Source: an uncultured Gammaproteobacteria bacterium (GTDB lineage Bacteria; Patescibacteriota; Microgenomatia; Levybacterales; UBA12049). Taken from it: 59,100 bases of DNA. Shown here one piece after another: positions 29,617 through 38,603 of this stretch (position 1 is its first letter; every line of letters begins with the position of its first letter). The stretch covers positions 1-59,100 of the forward strand of contig CAZKJM010000003.1 in the NCBI GenBank assembly GCA_964553245.1, given 5' to 3'. Both the position numbers and the translations under genes were made by a program. The notes under the pieces are model-generated. The model did no database searches and was not told where the DNA came from. It saw only the letters and a program-made list of their open reading frames with translations.

Positions 29617-30759
29617 CTATTTTAGTCCGCCAATTACCTTAACTCTTTGAAGAAGTGTGTTATCCTCCAAGACTTTTCCGGTTCCTCTGGCAACACTGGT
29701 TAACGGATCTTCTGATACTATTACCGGTATGTGTGTTCTTTCGACTATTAAATGATCAAATCCGGAAAGTAAGGATCCTCCACCGGTTAACAATATTCCG
29801 TGTTCTAAAATATCGCTTTCCAGCTCCGGTGGAGCTTCTTCTAAAACATCGGATATTCCATCTATAACCTGTGAAAGAACAGGAGACAATGCTTCTCTTA
29901 CTTCTGTTTCTGTAACTCTTAAGCTTTTAGGAAGCCCTGTTTCTATGTCCCTACCTCTTACGATCGCCATCTTCTCTCCTCTTTCCTTTATTTCGTCAAT
30001 TAATGACTCTTCTTTTTTATCTATGTCTTCGTTTTTTGACTTTTGATCAACCGAGCGGCGAACAATCTTTGATTTAGTAGCAAACGCTGTTCCAATTTTT
30101 ATTTTTAATTCTTCTGCTGTTTTTTCTCCTAATAAAAGCCCGTGTTTTAATCTAATATAATGGATTATTGCCTTATCAAAATCTTCTCCTGCAACTTTTA
30201 AGGACTTACTAACAACAATTCCACCCAAGGAAATTATTGCAACTTCCGTTGTTCCTCCTCCTACATCAACAACCATTACACCTGTTGGAGCAAAAATTGA
30301 AACACCTTCCCCAATTGCTGCTGCCATTGGCTCTTCAATTAAAAAAGCTTCCCTTGCTCCAGCGTTTAAGGCTGCTTCCCAAACAGCTCTTCTTTCTACT
30401 TCGGTAACTGACGAGGGAATTCCAATAACAACTTTAGGCCTTGACCAGGCAACGGGCAAAACATTTCCAACTTCATGTACCTGTTGAATATACTTGGAAA
30501 TCATTGCCGCAGTAGCGTCAAAATCTGCGATTACTCCTCCGTGTAACGGCTTTATGGTTACTATTGGGTCGGGAGTTTTTCCAAGCATTCTTTTTGCCTC
30601 GGTTCCTATGGCAATTACTTTTTTTGTTTTCTTGTGCATGGCAACAACCGATGGCTCTCTAATAACAATGCCTTTTCCTTTTACCCAAACAAGAGTATTT
30701 GCAGTACCTAAATCAATACCAATGTCTTGAGAAAAAAAACTGAAGAATTTTTTAAACAT
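29617..30759 (-). CDS. mreB: Rod shape-determining protein MreB, with a ~30-aa charged insertion
   Basis: DIGIDLGTANT, EPSVVA, IEEPMAAAIG, VVDVGGGTTE, GGGSLL motifs. Confidence 0.99.
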   Translation of the reverse strand: MFKKFFSFFSQDIGIDLGTANTLVWVKGKGIVIREPSVVAMHKKTKKVIAIGTEAKRMLGKTPDPIVTIKPLHGGVIADFDATAAMISKYIQQVHEVGNVLPVAWSRPKVVIGIPSSVTEVERRAVWEAALNAGAREAFLIEEPMAAAIGEGVSIFAPTGVMVVDVGGGTTEVAIISLGGIVVSKSLKVAGEDFDKAIIHYIRLKHGLLLGEKTAEELKIKIGTAFATKSKIVRRSVDQKSKNEDIDKKEESLIDEIKERGEKMAIVRGRDIETGLPKSLRVTETEVREALSPVLSQVIDGISDVLEEAPPELESDILEHGILLTGGGSLLSGFDHLIVERTHIPVIVSEDPLTSVARGTGKVLEDNTLLQRVKVIGGLK

Positions 30760-30848
30760 AATTTAAAAATGAAACTAAAATCATTTTTATAATAACATCT
30801 AATTTGAGGTTTAACAATAGAATTTTAAAAGATTATTTAATGGGAATA

Positions 30849-31001
30849 TTAATGCCCCAAAGAAGATTTTGGCGAATTATCCGCTTGACTTTCTCTTATT
30901 TTTTTATACAGATTATGAAGCCTTCTCCACTCTGCTGCTGATTTTAAATTAGCTTGACCTATTTTCCTAAAATGATCTTCTTTTAATGCTTCTTTTGGCA
31001 T
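30849..31001 (-). CDS. Small hypothetical protein, 50 aa (MPKEALKEDHFRKIGQANLKSAAEWRRLHNLYKKIRESQADNSPKSSLGH)
   Basis: Hand-translated, below the ORF-track cutoff; preceded by TTGACA-17-TATTTT. Confidence 0.5.
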   Translation of the reverse strand: MPKEALKEDHFRKIGQANLKSAAEWRRLHNLYKKIRESQADNSPKSSLGH

Positions 31002-31085
31002 AACAAATTTAAAATACTATTACTTAGTTATTTTGTCAAGTAATTATTGCCCAAAAAACTACAATATGTTAACATAAATTGCGTA

Positions 31086-33368
31086 ATGAAATTACATAAC
31101 ATCTTTAGCAAAATTATTGAGTATAGTTTTTATGCCCTGTTTTTATTGGTTCCGTTAGCTTTTACAAGTGACACATCCGAGCTTTTTGAATTCAATAAGC
31201 TTTGGGTTACTTTTGGCATTACTATTATAATAGCTTTTGCATGGACGGGTAAAATGATTTTAAACAAACAGTTTAGAATCCAAAAAACTCCGCTTGATAT
31301 TCCTATACTTTTATTTTTGGCTTCCCAAATAATCTCTACTCTTTTTTCTATAGATAAACATGTTTCTTTGTGGGGATATTATTCAAGATTTAATGGAGGA
31401 CTATATTCAATGATTACATATATTTTCCTCTATTATGCTTTTATAACTAATCTTGGAACAATAAAATATGTTAAAAGAGTCTTAAAGGTAAGCCTTATTG
31501 CGGGATTAATTGTTTCTTTGTGGGGATTGCCGTCCCATTTTGGATATGATCCGACATGTCTTTTATTTAGGGGCACTTTTGATGTTTCCTGCTGGACAAA
31601 CGAATTTCAGCCAAGAGTAAGAATATTTTCAACTCTTGGACAACCTGACTGGATGGCAGCCTATCTTTTAATTCTTTTACCAGTCTCTACAATTCAATTT
31701 TTAAGATCATTTAAATTTGATTACAGTAAAAATAAAAAACTATTTATCTCCAGAAAAAACCTACTGACTTCAATTTATTATCTGTTTTTAACCATTCTTT
31801 TCTATGCCGATTTAATGTACACAAATTCAAGATCGGGAGGAATTGCAGGATTCTTTATAATTTTTTTAATTTGCGGTGTGTATTTCTTACATCTTTATAA
31901 AAATTCGTTTTTCAAAAATAAATATCATCTGCTCAACTTTACCCCAATTATTCTTTTAATAGCATTCTTTTTAACAACGTTTTTAACAAGCATTCCGTTT
32001 ACTCAACTACAGCCATATACCCTAAACGGAATCCTACAAAATATGGCTGAGAAAAAAACAGAAAAAGAAACTCCTAAAACTCAAGTAGAAAAAGAAACTA
32101 GTGAACCTGTTCATCTGGGCGAATTAGGCGGAACAGATTCTAAAAAAATAAGGCTAATTGTTTGGGAAGGCGCTTTTAATATGTGGAAAGCAAATCCGCT
32201 ATTTGGAACAGGTGTAGAAACTTTTGCTTACGCATACTATACATACCGACCCGCAGCGCACAACTTAACATCCGAATGGAACTTTTTATACAACAAAGCG
32301 CATAATGAATTTTTAAATTATCTTGGGACAACCGGACTTTTCGGATTAGGAACTTACGTTGCATTAATAATAGTATTTTTAATTAAATATGTAAAAGTTT
32401 TAAAAAATTTACATAAGAATAAAGGAAAAGAGCAATTTTTGGTTTTTGCCCTAATATGCAGCTTTCTAACTATTTTAGTTACTAACTTTTTCGGGTTTTC
32501 TGTTGTGATTACCAATATTTATCTGTTTTTGATCCCCGCTTTTGCAATGATAATGCTTGAAAAAATCGAAACAAAAAAAACAATTAATTTCCCTAAAAAC
32601 TCTCTCGAATTAAACGAAAAAACAAAAGTTCCGACTCTTTCAAAAGTTTTTATCGTGATAACGGCAATTATTGCCTTTTATTTAATTGTTCTTTTAATTA
32701 GATTTTGGGAAGCAGATAAAAGCTATGCTATGGGAATGAATTTAAACAGAGCGCGCCAATATCAAGAGGCAAGACCATATCTTTTAAAAGCAATAGAAAG
32801 ACGACCAGGAGAACCAACTTTTAAAGATGAATATTCTATTAATTCATCTATTTTAGCTGTTATGTTTGCGGGACAAAAAGACAGTACTGAATCTGCAGAA
32901 ATTGCCCAAAAACTTGCTCAAGAATCAGCTTATGTAACCGAAAGCTTAACCTCTAATTATCCCAAAAACGTCGTTTATTGGAAATCAAAGGTAAGAGTTT
33001 ACTATACCTTATCGCAAATTGATCCTCAATATATTCAATTTGCACTTCAGGCTATTAAAAAAGTAAGTGAACTTGCACCAACAGATGCAAATATTTTTTA
33101 TAATTATGGTGTCATAAGTGGCCAAGCGGGAGATGTAAAAAAAGCAGTTGAATTATTGGAAAAAACCGTAAAACTAAAACCGGATTATTATGATGCGCAT
33201 TATGCGCTTGGCATATTTTACGAACAACTTGCAACAGACGAAAGCGGACAAATTGTTAACAGAGATTATCATCAAAAAGCAATTAATCAAATGAAGGAGA
33301 TATTGTTAAAAGTTGTTAAAAATGATAAAAGGGCTCAAGAGGCAATTGCTGCCTGGGAAAATAAATAA
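31086..33368 (+). CDS. O-antigen ligase/polymerase-family membrane protein with C-terminal TPRs
   Basis: STLGQPDW, TNSRSG, RLIVWEGA, PLFGTG, KAHNEFL, TPR-like tail. Confidence 0.88.
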   Translation: MKLHNIFSKIIEYSFYALFLLVPLAFTSDTSELFEFNKLWVTFGITIIIAFAWTGKMILNKQFRIQKTPLDIPILLFLASQIISTLFSIDKHVSLWGYYSRFNGGLYSMITYIFLYYAFITNLGTIKYVKRVLKVSLIAGLIVSLWGLPSHFGYDPTCLLFRGTFDVSCWTNEFQPRVRIFSTLGQPDWMAAYLLILLPVSTIQFLRSFKFDYSKNKKLFISRKNLLTSIYYLFLTILFYADLMYTNSRSGGIAGFFIIFLICGVYFLHLYKNSFFKNKYHLLNFTPIILLIAFFLTTFLTSIPFTQLQPYTLNGILQNMAEKKTEKETPKTQVEKETSEPVHLGELGGTDSKKIRLIVWEGAFNMWKANPLFGTGVETFAYAYYTYRPAAHNLTSEWNFLYNKAHNEFLNYLGTTGLFGLGTYVALIIVFLIKYVKVLKNLHKNKGKEQFLVFALICSFLTILVTNFFGFSVVITNIYLFLIPAFAMIMLEKIETKKTINFPKNSLELNEKTKVPTLSKVFIVITAIIAFYLIVLLIRFWEADKSYAMGMNLNRARQYQEARPYLLKAIERRPGEPTFKDEYSINSSILAVMFAGQKDSTESAEIAQKLAQESAYVTESLTSNYPKNVVYWKSKVRVYYTLSQIDPQYIQFALQAIKKVSELAPTDANIFYNYGVISGQAGDVKKAVELLEKTVKLKPDYYDAHYALGIFYEQLATDESGQIVNRDYHQKAINQMKEILLKVVKNDKRAQEAIAAWENK

Positions 33369-33931
33369 TGACAAATATTGTTAACTCTCCAAATCCAGTA
33401 CTGTCAAGCAAAGCAAAATCTGTAAAAAAAATTGACACTAATATAAAAAAGGTTATTGCCAATATGATTGACGCGTTAAATTCTGCAACAGATCCTATTG
33501 GGGTCGGTCTTGCTGCACCGCAAATCGGCGAATCTCTTAGAATTTTTATAACAAAACCAACCCCAAATTCAAAGATTAGAATTTTTATAAATCCGGAAAT
33601 AATTAATATTAGTCTCGAAAAAAAAGTTGATCCTAAAATAAGATCAAAGAAAACAAAAAAAGGACCGATAAAACTTGAAGGTTGTCTTTCCCTACCAAAT
33701 ATTTGGGGAGAGGTAAAAAGAAATTCGTCAATCACGATTACTTTTTTAGATGAAAAAGGGAATAGAAAAGAAGAAACATTTACTGGATTTATGGCAACAA
33801 TTATTCAACATGAAATCGACCACTTGGAAGGAGTTTTGTTTCCAAAAAGAGTCTTGGAGCAAAAACGAACTTTATTTAAATCTTCTAAAAACGAAAAAAA
33901 CGAAGATATTTTTGAAGAAATATCCATATGA
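33368..33931 (+). CDS. def: Peptide deformylase
   Basis: GVGLAAPQIG, EGCLS, QHEIDHLEG. Confidence 0.98.
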   Translation: MTNIVNSPNPVLSSKAKSVKKIDTNIKKVIANMIDALNSATDPIGVGLAAPQIGESLRIFITKPTPNSKIRIFINPEIINISLEKKVDPKIRSKKTKKGPIKLEGCLSLPNIWGEVKRNSSITITFLDEKGNRKEETFTGFMATIIQHEIDHLEGVLFPKRVLEQKRTLFKSSKNEKNEDIFEEISI

Positions 33932-34749
33932 AACTTGTTTTTTTTGGATCCGGAGACTACGTAATCCCAGTTATTGAAGCGTTAAAAAAAGATTTTGAAC
34001 CGTTTATTATTACAACAGAAAAAGAAAAACAAAATCCGCTAATTAAATACTCAATAGAAAACAAAATCCCCTATGTTTCTATATCGGCTTTTGATGAAAA
34101 TATTAAATTAATAATCTCAAATCTTAAATCCGATGTTGCTGTATTGGCAAATTTTAGATTAATAATTCCCAAGCAAATTCTTAATACTTTTAAGTTTGGT
34201 GTCTTAAATATTCACCCTTCATTATTGCCGAAATACCGCGGTGCAACACCCGGACAAACTGCGATTTTAAATGAAGATAAAACAACTGGGGTAAGTATTA
34301 TAAAACTAGACGAAGAAATGGATCATGGTCCAGTTCTTGCCCAAAAAGAAGAAGAAATATTAGCAAATGACACCTCGGAAAGTTTATATTTAAGACTTTT
34401 TAAAGTCGGCGCTGAACTATTAAAAGACACAATTCATAATTATCTGAATAACGAAGTAAAGCTTATTGAACAAAACCATAAACTGGCAACTTACTCGAAT
34501 AAATTATCAAAGGAAGACGGATATATTGATTATAAAAATCCTCCGGATAACTTAAGAAGAATAATAAAGGCTTACTATCCCTGGCCCGGTGTTTGGATTA
34601 AAACAAATTTAAAAAACAAAAATACAAGAATTAAACTTTTGCCGAATAATAAAATTCAAGTCGAAGGAAAAAAACCGATGAGTTATAGGGATTTTTTAAA
34701 CGGATATAACGAAGGAAAAATTATTCTTGAGAAGCTTCAACTTTTTTAG
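33928..34749 (+). CDS. fmt: Methionyl-tRNA formyltransferase
   Basis: LVFFGS, NIHPSLLPKYRGATP, DEEMDHGP motifs; adjacent to def. Confidence 0.97.
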   Translation: MKLVFFGSGDYVIPVIEALKKDFEPFIITTEKEKQNPLIKYSIENKIPYVSISAFDENIKLIISNLKSDVAVLANFRLIIPKQILNTFKFGVLNIHPSLLPKYRGATPGQTAILNEDKTTGVSIIKLDEEMDHGPVLAQKEEEILANDTSESLYLRLFKVGAELLKDTIHNYLNNEVKLIEQNHKLATYSNKLSKEDGYIDYKNPPDNLRRIIKAYYPWPGVWIKTNLKNKNTRIKLLPNNKIQVEGKKPMSYRDFLNGYNEGKIILEKLQLF

Positions 34750-34951
34750 CTTCTAATGTGTCTTTTAAAGGAAGCTTTTTTAATGCCCTTAAGCACTTTG
34801 TGCAAAGCTTTAATTTTCTACTTAAACCGTTAATAACAACTTTCGCTGAATGCAAATTTGGTTTAAAAATTTTTCTTGTCCTTCTTTTTGAATGCGAAAC
34901 ATTATGTCCGTACATAACGCCTTTTCCGCAATAATCACATCTATAAGCCAT
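34721..34951 (-). CDS. rpmB: 50S ribosomal protein L28 (Zn-ribbon type)
   Basis: CDYCGK..GHNVSHSKRRTR..FKPNL..CTKC. Confidence 0.97.
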   Translation of the reverse strand: MAYRCDYCGKGVMYGHNVSHSKRRTRKIFKPNLHSAKVVINGLSRKLKLCTKCLRALKKLPLKDTLEAKKVEASQE

Positions 34952-35022
34952 AGTAAATTTTCCTTTTTTGGATTATAATAATATACCATAGTTAAGCTAA
35001 TATAACAAGAAGTAAGGATTTT

Positions 35023-35664
35023 ATGGAACTAATACCAATGATTATATCGCTTATAATTTTAATTTACTCTGCAATTCTTCATGAGGTCGCTCACGGTTTT
35101 GTTGCAGATAGACTCGGCGATCCAACAGCAAGGCTTTTGGGAAGACTTACTTTAAATCCTAAAAATCATATTGACCCCTTTATGAGCATTGCAATTCCAC
35201 TTCTTTTATTAATTTCCGGCTCACCCGTAATAATTGGCGCTGCAAAACCTGTTCCGGTTGATCCATTCAATCTCAAAGAAGGAAGAAAAGATATTGCATT
35301 AGTTTCCTTAGCTGGTCCATTAACCAATATTCTGATTGCGATTTTTGCTGCTCTTATTTTAAGAACTTTATCTTTAGTTTTTACCGAAGAATTATTCTTT
35401 TTAGTATTAAATTATTTACTTACTATAATAATTCAGTTAAATCTTTTACTTGCTATTTTTAACTTAATTCCAATTCCTCCGCTTGATGGTTCAAAAGTTT
35501 TTGCTCTAATTCTGCCGGAAAAGGACGCAAGAATTTATTTGTCTTTTGGTTCAATCGGTTTTTTTGTAATTTTTTTCCTACTTATGTTTCCAATCGGCGG
35601 ACTTTCTCTTTCTTCCTTAATTTTTAATCTCCTAAGCTTTGCTATGACTCTTTTGGGAGCCTAA
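35023..35664 (+). CDS. Site-2 protease family (M50) membrane metalloprotease
   Basis: HEVAH, GDPT, GRLTLNP, AGPLTN, FNLIPIPPLDG. Confidence 0.95.
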   Translation: MELIPMIISLIILIYSAILHEVAHGFVADRLGDPTARLLGRLTLNPKNHIDPFMSIAIPLLLLISGSPVIIGAAKPVPVDPFNLKEGRKDIALVSLAGPLTNILIAIFAALILRTLSLVFTEELFFLVLNYLLTIIIQLNLLLAIFNLIPIPPLDGSKVFALILPEKDARIYLSFGSIGFFVIFFLLMFPIGGLSLSSLIFNLLSFAMTLLGA

Positions 35665-35670
35665 AGTTAC

Positions 35671-35699
35671 TTGACTTTTTACAAAAGATTTCCTACACT
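35671..35699 (+). promoter_or_regulatory. Promoter TTGACT-17-TACACT for the 6S-like RNA
   Basis: Predicted TSS (~35705) coincides with the 5' end of the long closing stem. Confidence 0.7.
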
Positions 35700-35704
35700 A
35701 TACT

Positions 35705-35879
35705 CGTTCTTTGGTATAAGAGAAAAGTTGGGAGATTTTCCCTACATTTTCGCTAGACTTGAGGTACCCTAAGTATAATCGAAGGGGACAGAACAAAGCG
35801 TTTCATCCTAAAAAATGAAACTGAGTTCACCTAATTAACGGTCTAGGGAAACGCCGACCGGACTCTATACCAAGGATCG
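35705..35879 (+). ncRNA. Putative 6S RNA (ssrS-like), about 175 nt
   Basis: Rod-like fold: closing stem CGTTCTTTGGTATAAGAG/CTCTATACCAAGGATCG, internal stems, central bubble, terminal stem GTTTCAT/ATGAAAC; G-U pairs favour the + strand. Confidence 0.6.
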
Positions 35880-35971
35880 TATTTATCTTATTATTAACCT
35901 CTGCTTTCATTTAAGAAGGCTTGTTTAGCTTTAACCTTTTTGATAAAATCATATAGTCGTTGGTGATTTTT

Positions 35972-36047
35972 GCCGTCTTAGCTCAGTGGTTAGAGCAGCT
36001 GTTTTGTAAACAGCAGGTCCTCGGTTCGAATCCGAGAGACGGCTCCA
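35972..36047 (+). tRNA. tRNA-Thr(TGT)
   Basis: Cloverleaf, anticodon loop TTTGTAA, encoded CCA. Confidence 0.98.
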
Positions 36048-36048
36048 T

Positions 36049-36132
36049 GCTGGGGTGGCAGAGTAGCAATTGCACGTGGCTGTAGACCACGCGTCCGAAA
36101 GGGCTACGGGGGTGCAATTCCCTCCTCCAGCA
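36049..36132 (+). tRNA. tRNA-Tyr(GTA)
   Basis: Anticodon loop CTGTAGA, long variable arm, atypical T-loop TGCAATT. Confidence 0.95.
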
Positions 36133-36140
36133 CAAATCTT

Positions 36141-36212
36141 GCCGACATAGTTTAATGGTAAAACAAGTCATTGGTAATGACTAGAGCATGGGTCCGATTC
36201 CCATTGTCGGCT
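36141..36212 (+). tRNA. tRNA-Thr(GGT)
   Basis: Anticodon loop TTGGTAA, atypical T-loop TCCGATT. Confidence 0.95.
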
Positions 36213-36214
36213 CA

Positions 36215-36641
36215 AGATAGTTATGGGTTATTAGTTCGGAGTTATGAGACGATGGATAGTTTATTTAATTTTGAAAAGCTTGAAGTTTATAAAAGAACCG
36301 TAAATTTTGTTAATCAGGTTTATAAAATTACAAAATTATGGTCAAGAGATTTAAGTTTTTCCCTAACCGACCAATTTAGAAGAGCTTCGTTATCAATTGC
36401 TCTAAATATTGCTGAAGGAGCAAGTAGAACAAAACCCGAGTTTAAAAGATTTATAACTATCTCAAGAGGATCTGCTCATGAATGCATACCGATTCTTGAG
36501 ATTGCAGAAAAACAAGGTATAATTAATAAGAAAAGAAAGGAGGAATTAAGAGAAGAGATTATTATTATTTCTAAGATGTTAAGCAAGTTAAAAAATTCTA
36601 TTAGAATCTCATAATTAAAATCTCATAACTCATTACTATCT
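36215..36641 (+). mobile_element. Four-helix-bundle cassette bounded by inverted five-unit heptamer arrays and AGATAG/CTATCT termini
   Basis: Left array GATAGTT ATGGGTT ATTAGTT CGGAGTT ATGAGAC is the inverted counterpart of right array ATCTCAT AATTAAA ATCTCAT AACTCAT TACTATC; mobility is inferred. Confidence 0.65.
36252..36614 (+). CDS. Four helix bundle protein (23S rRNA IVS protein / bAvd-like, TIGR02436-type)
   Basis: FEKLEVYK, LTDQFRRASLSIALNIAEG, ISRGSAHE motifs; ATG 36252. Confidence 0.95.
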   Translation: MDSLFNFEKLEVYKRTVNFVNQVYKITKLWSRDLSFSLTDQFRRASLSIALNIAEGASRTKPEFKRFITISRGSAHECIPILEIAEKQGIINKKRKEELREEIIIISKMLSKLKNSIRIS

Positions 36642-36818
36642 ATGGCAAAAAAAGGTGAACACAGAATAAAATTAGGATTGGTTTGCAGTATTTGCAAAAA
36701 CAGAAATTACGTAACAACAAGGAATAAATTAAATACGGTAAATAAATTGTTATTAAAAAAATTCTGTAACCATTGCAGAAAAATAACCGATCATAAAGAA
36801 ACCGAAAAATTAAAATAG
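36642..36818 (+). CDS. rpmG: 50S ribosomal protein L33 (58 aa, Zn-binding type)
   Basis: Hand-translated: LVCSICKNRNYVTTRNK..LKKFCNHCRKITDHKE; conserved position before tRNA-Trp. Confidence 0.96.
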   Translation: MAKKGEHRIKLGLVCSICKNRNYVTTRNKLNTVNKLLLKKFCNHCRKITDHKETEKLK

Positions 36819-36877
36819 CATATAGCGTATAGCAAATGGTAAATGGTTAAATAATATACTATAATCTATATGCTATT
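36816..36877. repeat. Heptamer hairpin between rpmG and tRNA-Trp
   Basis: TAGCATA TAGCGTA TAGCAAA TGGTAAA TGGTTAA ... CTATAAT CTATATG CTAT; the first TAG is the rpmG stop. Confidence 0.85.
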
Positions 36878-36889
36878 TTGTTGCTTAAT

Positions 36890-36960
36890 AGGGGTATCGG
36901 TTAACGGTAAACCAGCGGTCTCCAAAACCGCGACTGGGGGTTCGATTCCCTCTACCCCTG
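36890..36960 (+). tRNA. tRNA-Trp(CCA)
   Basis: Cloverleaf, anticodon loop CTCCAAA; CCA end not encoded. Confidence 0.97.
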
Positions 36961-37006
36961 CTGATATAGTTTGATATACTAATAAGAGTTGCCGAGGCTT
37001 TCTAAA

Positions 37007-37780
37007 TTATTTTATTTGTAGATAGGAGGAAATATCAAAAACTTTTGTCTCTATTCCTTTTTCTCCTAGCCCCGCATCTATTATTTGAGCATTTTTATCT
37101 ATCAATCCTTCTTCTATTCCTTTTGACAATTTTTCTATAAATTTTTGCCTACTGTTTATAGAGTAATCAAAAATATTTGAAACATATAATAACCTTATTG
37201 AGACTCCTGTTTCTCTGGCAATTTGAAAACCTAAATCAATTCCTTCTGTGGTCATATCTCCGGAGGCCCATTTTATTTTTCCATCTAACAAAGCCTGCTT
37301 AACTTTATCAAAATATTCAGGATTAGACCAACCACCCATACTTGCGTCTTGTCCAACTGGAAAATCCCATCTTGTTTTATCTATTTTTCTTATAACTTTT
37401 ACAAAATAATCGCCAACTCTTCGCCAATAATCATTCCCATCTTCCGATTCTAGAATTGGTTTTATTCGACCATCGACAGAAATATTCATTGCTTTTTTGT
37501 TAACATCCGTAATTATTGTCAAATCTGGATTTGCTACTGCAACTTGTCCCAACACGGGGTCCAATCCTCCCATAACAGCTAAATGAATACCTCTTCTAAC
37601 TTTTATTTCTTTGAGTAGATCTGGATAGTCATATTCATTAGTCGTAAAATGACCAACTTCATCGAAGAAAGCTTTTGGCGTTGGCGTCGATGAGCTATAT
37701 TTCGCCATAAAGTCTTGAGAAGATAAGCTCTGAAAAGCTTCAATATTTGTCTGAATTTGAAATTCCTGTTGTCCGATCAT
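37007..37780 (-). CDS. Hypothetical protein, possibly a Rossmann/SAM-binding fold
   Basis: ATG 37780 follows promoter TTGAAT..TATAAT; TNE, MGG, TDVN, ASGD, LYVSNIFDY pattern. Confidence 0.7.
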   Translation of the reverse strand: MIGQQEFQIQTNIEAFQSLSSQDFMAKYSSSTPTPKAFFDEVGHFTTNEYDYPDLLKEIKVRRGIHLAVMGGLDPVLGQVAVANPDLTIITDVNKKAMNISVDGRIKPILESEDGNDYWRRVGDYFVKVIRKIDKTRWDFPVGQDASMGGWSNPEYFDKVKQALLDGKIKWASGDMTTEGIDLGFQIARETGVSIRLLYVSNIFDYSINSRQKFIEKLSKGIEEGLIDKNAQIIDAGLGEKGIETKVFDISSYLQIK

Positions 37781-37876
37781 TAAGGTAATTATAACCAAAT
37801 AGGAATATAATTCAACCTTTTTCAAATGAATTTGTATTGATACTCGCTATAATAATTTCCAACATAGTTACTTAGT

Positions 37877-37888
37877 CCCTGCTGATAT
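37877..37888. repeat. 12-bp direct repeat CCCTGCTGATAT of the tRNA-Trp 3' end (partner at 36956-36967)
   Basis: Exact match flanking the 37007-37780 gene. Confidence 0.75.
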
Positions 37889-37939
37889 TTAATCCGTTCA
37901 TGCCTTGATATAGCTCTACATTCTGATATAATCTTTTAC

Positions 37940-38287
37940 GTGAAAGAGAAACAAAAAGCAATTAATCATCCTTGTTTAATGAGATTTGCAAAGTTTTTTT
38001 TAACAAAACGAGAAGTTGATAATACCAAAACGCCTTTAAAAAGAACAAAATATTCTGTTGCGGCAAGAATCGCAGACCTAAGAACAAGACTTTCCGAACA
38101 ATATGTAGCGCTTGAAAGAGCAAAAAACGATAAAATAATTCCGGAAATTAACTCTATCACAGGAATTCCTGTTAGATCGGAAAAACATCATAAGCGTCAT
38201 ATTATAGACTTAAGAAAACGGATAGAACGAATTAGAAATAGTGCGCATTGCTGCCGTAATCCAAAATGCAAAAATCATAAAAAATAA
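37940..38287 (+). CDS. Hypothetical basic protein with a C-terminal CCxxxxC cluster
   Basis: GTG start after TTGATA-16-TATAAT. Confidence 0.65.
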   Translation: MKEKQKAINHPCLMRFAKFFLTKREVDNTKTPLKRTKYSVAARIADLRTRLSEQYVALERAKNDKIIPEINSITGIPVRSEKHHKRHIIDLRKRIERIRNSAHCCRNPKCKNHKK

Positions 38288-38294
38288 TGATGAA

Positions 38295-38537
38295 TTATTT
38301 TTTACCTGTATATGGAGCTTTTGGATCACAATCAGAAGGAATATAACCGCAATTAAAACTTGGTTCCTTAGGCTGCCAATTTGATCCATCCCAATTACTA
38401 AATCCCCAAACTTTTCCTTTTCCTGTGTACGGTTCTTTATTAACTTCGCGTATAGGGAAAGTTGTGTGATTTTCCTTTATTCCCAAAATTCCCATATGTC
38501 CGTTGCCAATAAAAAATCCCTCTATTTTTCTTTCCAT
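38295..38537 (-). CDS. Small hypothetical protein
   Basis: 80-aa ORF with an AT-rich promoter-like upstream region. Confidence 0.55.
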   Translation of the reverse strand: MERKIEGFFIGNGHMGILGIKENHTTFPIREVNKEPYTGKGKVWGFSNWDGSNWQPKEPSFNCGYIPSDCDPKAPYTGKK

Positions 38538-38603
38538 ATCGAATTATTATACAATAATTTGTCAAATTATTATTCTTTGTTATGATATAATCCAATCTTA
38601 ATT

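Noticed and set aside
30849-31001. Ribosomal protein S21
   Set aside because: Small and basic, but lacks the S21 signature (ALRRFKR / YEKPS)
35705-35879. tmRNA, RNase P RNA or SRP RNA
   Set aside because: Lacks tRNA-like termini, the GGAAAGUCC-type P4 motif and the SRP helix-8 motif
36171-36251. Longer N-terminus for the four-helix-bundle ORF
   Set aside because: It overlaps tRNA-Thr(GGT) and the heptamer arm; ATG 36252 matches the family start
36252-36614. Diversity-generating retroelement, suggested by the Avd-like protein
   Set aside because: No reverse transcriptase and no TR/VR pair with A-specific mismatches seen in the window
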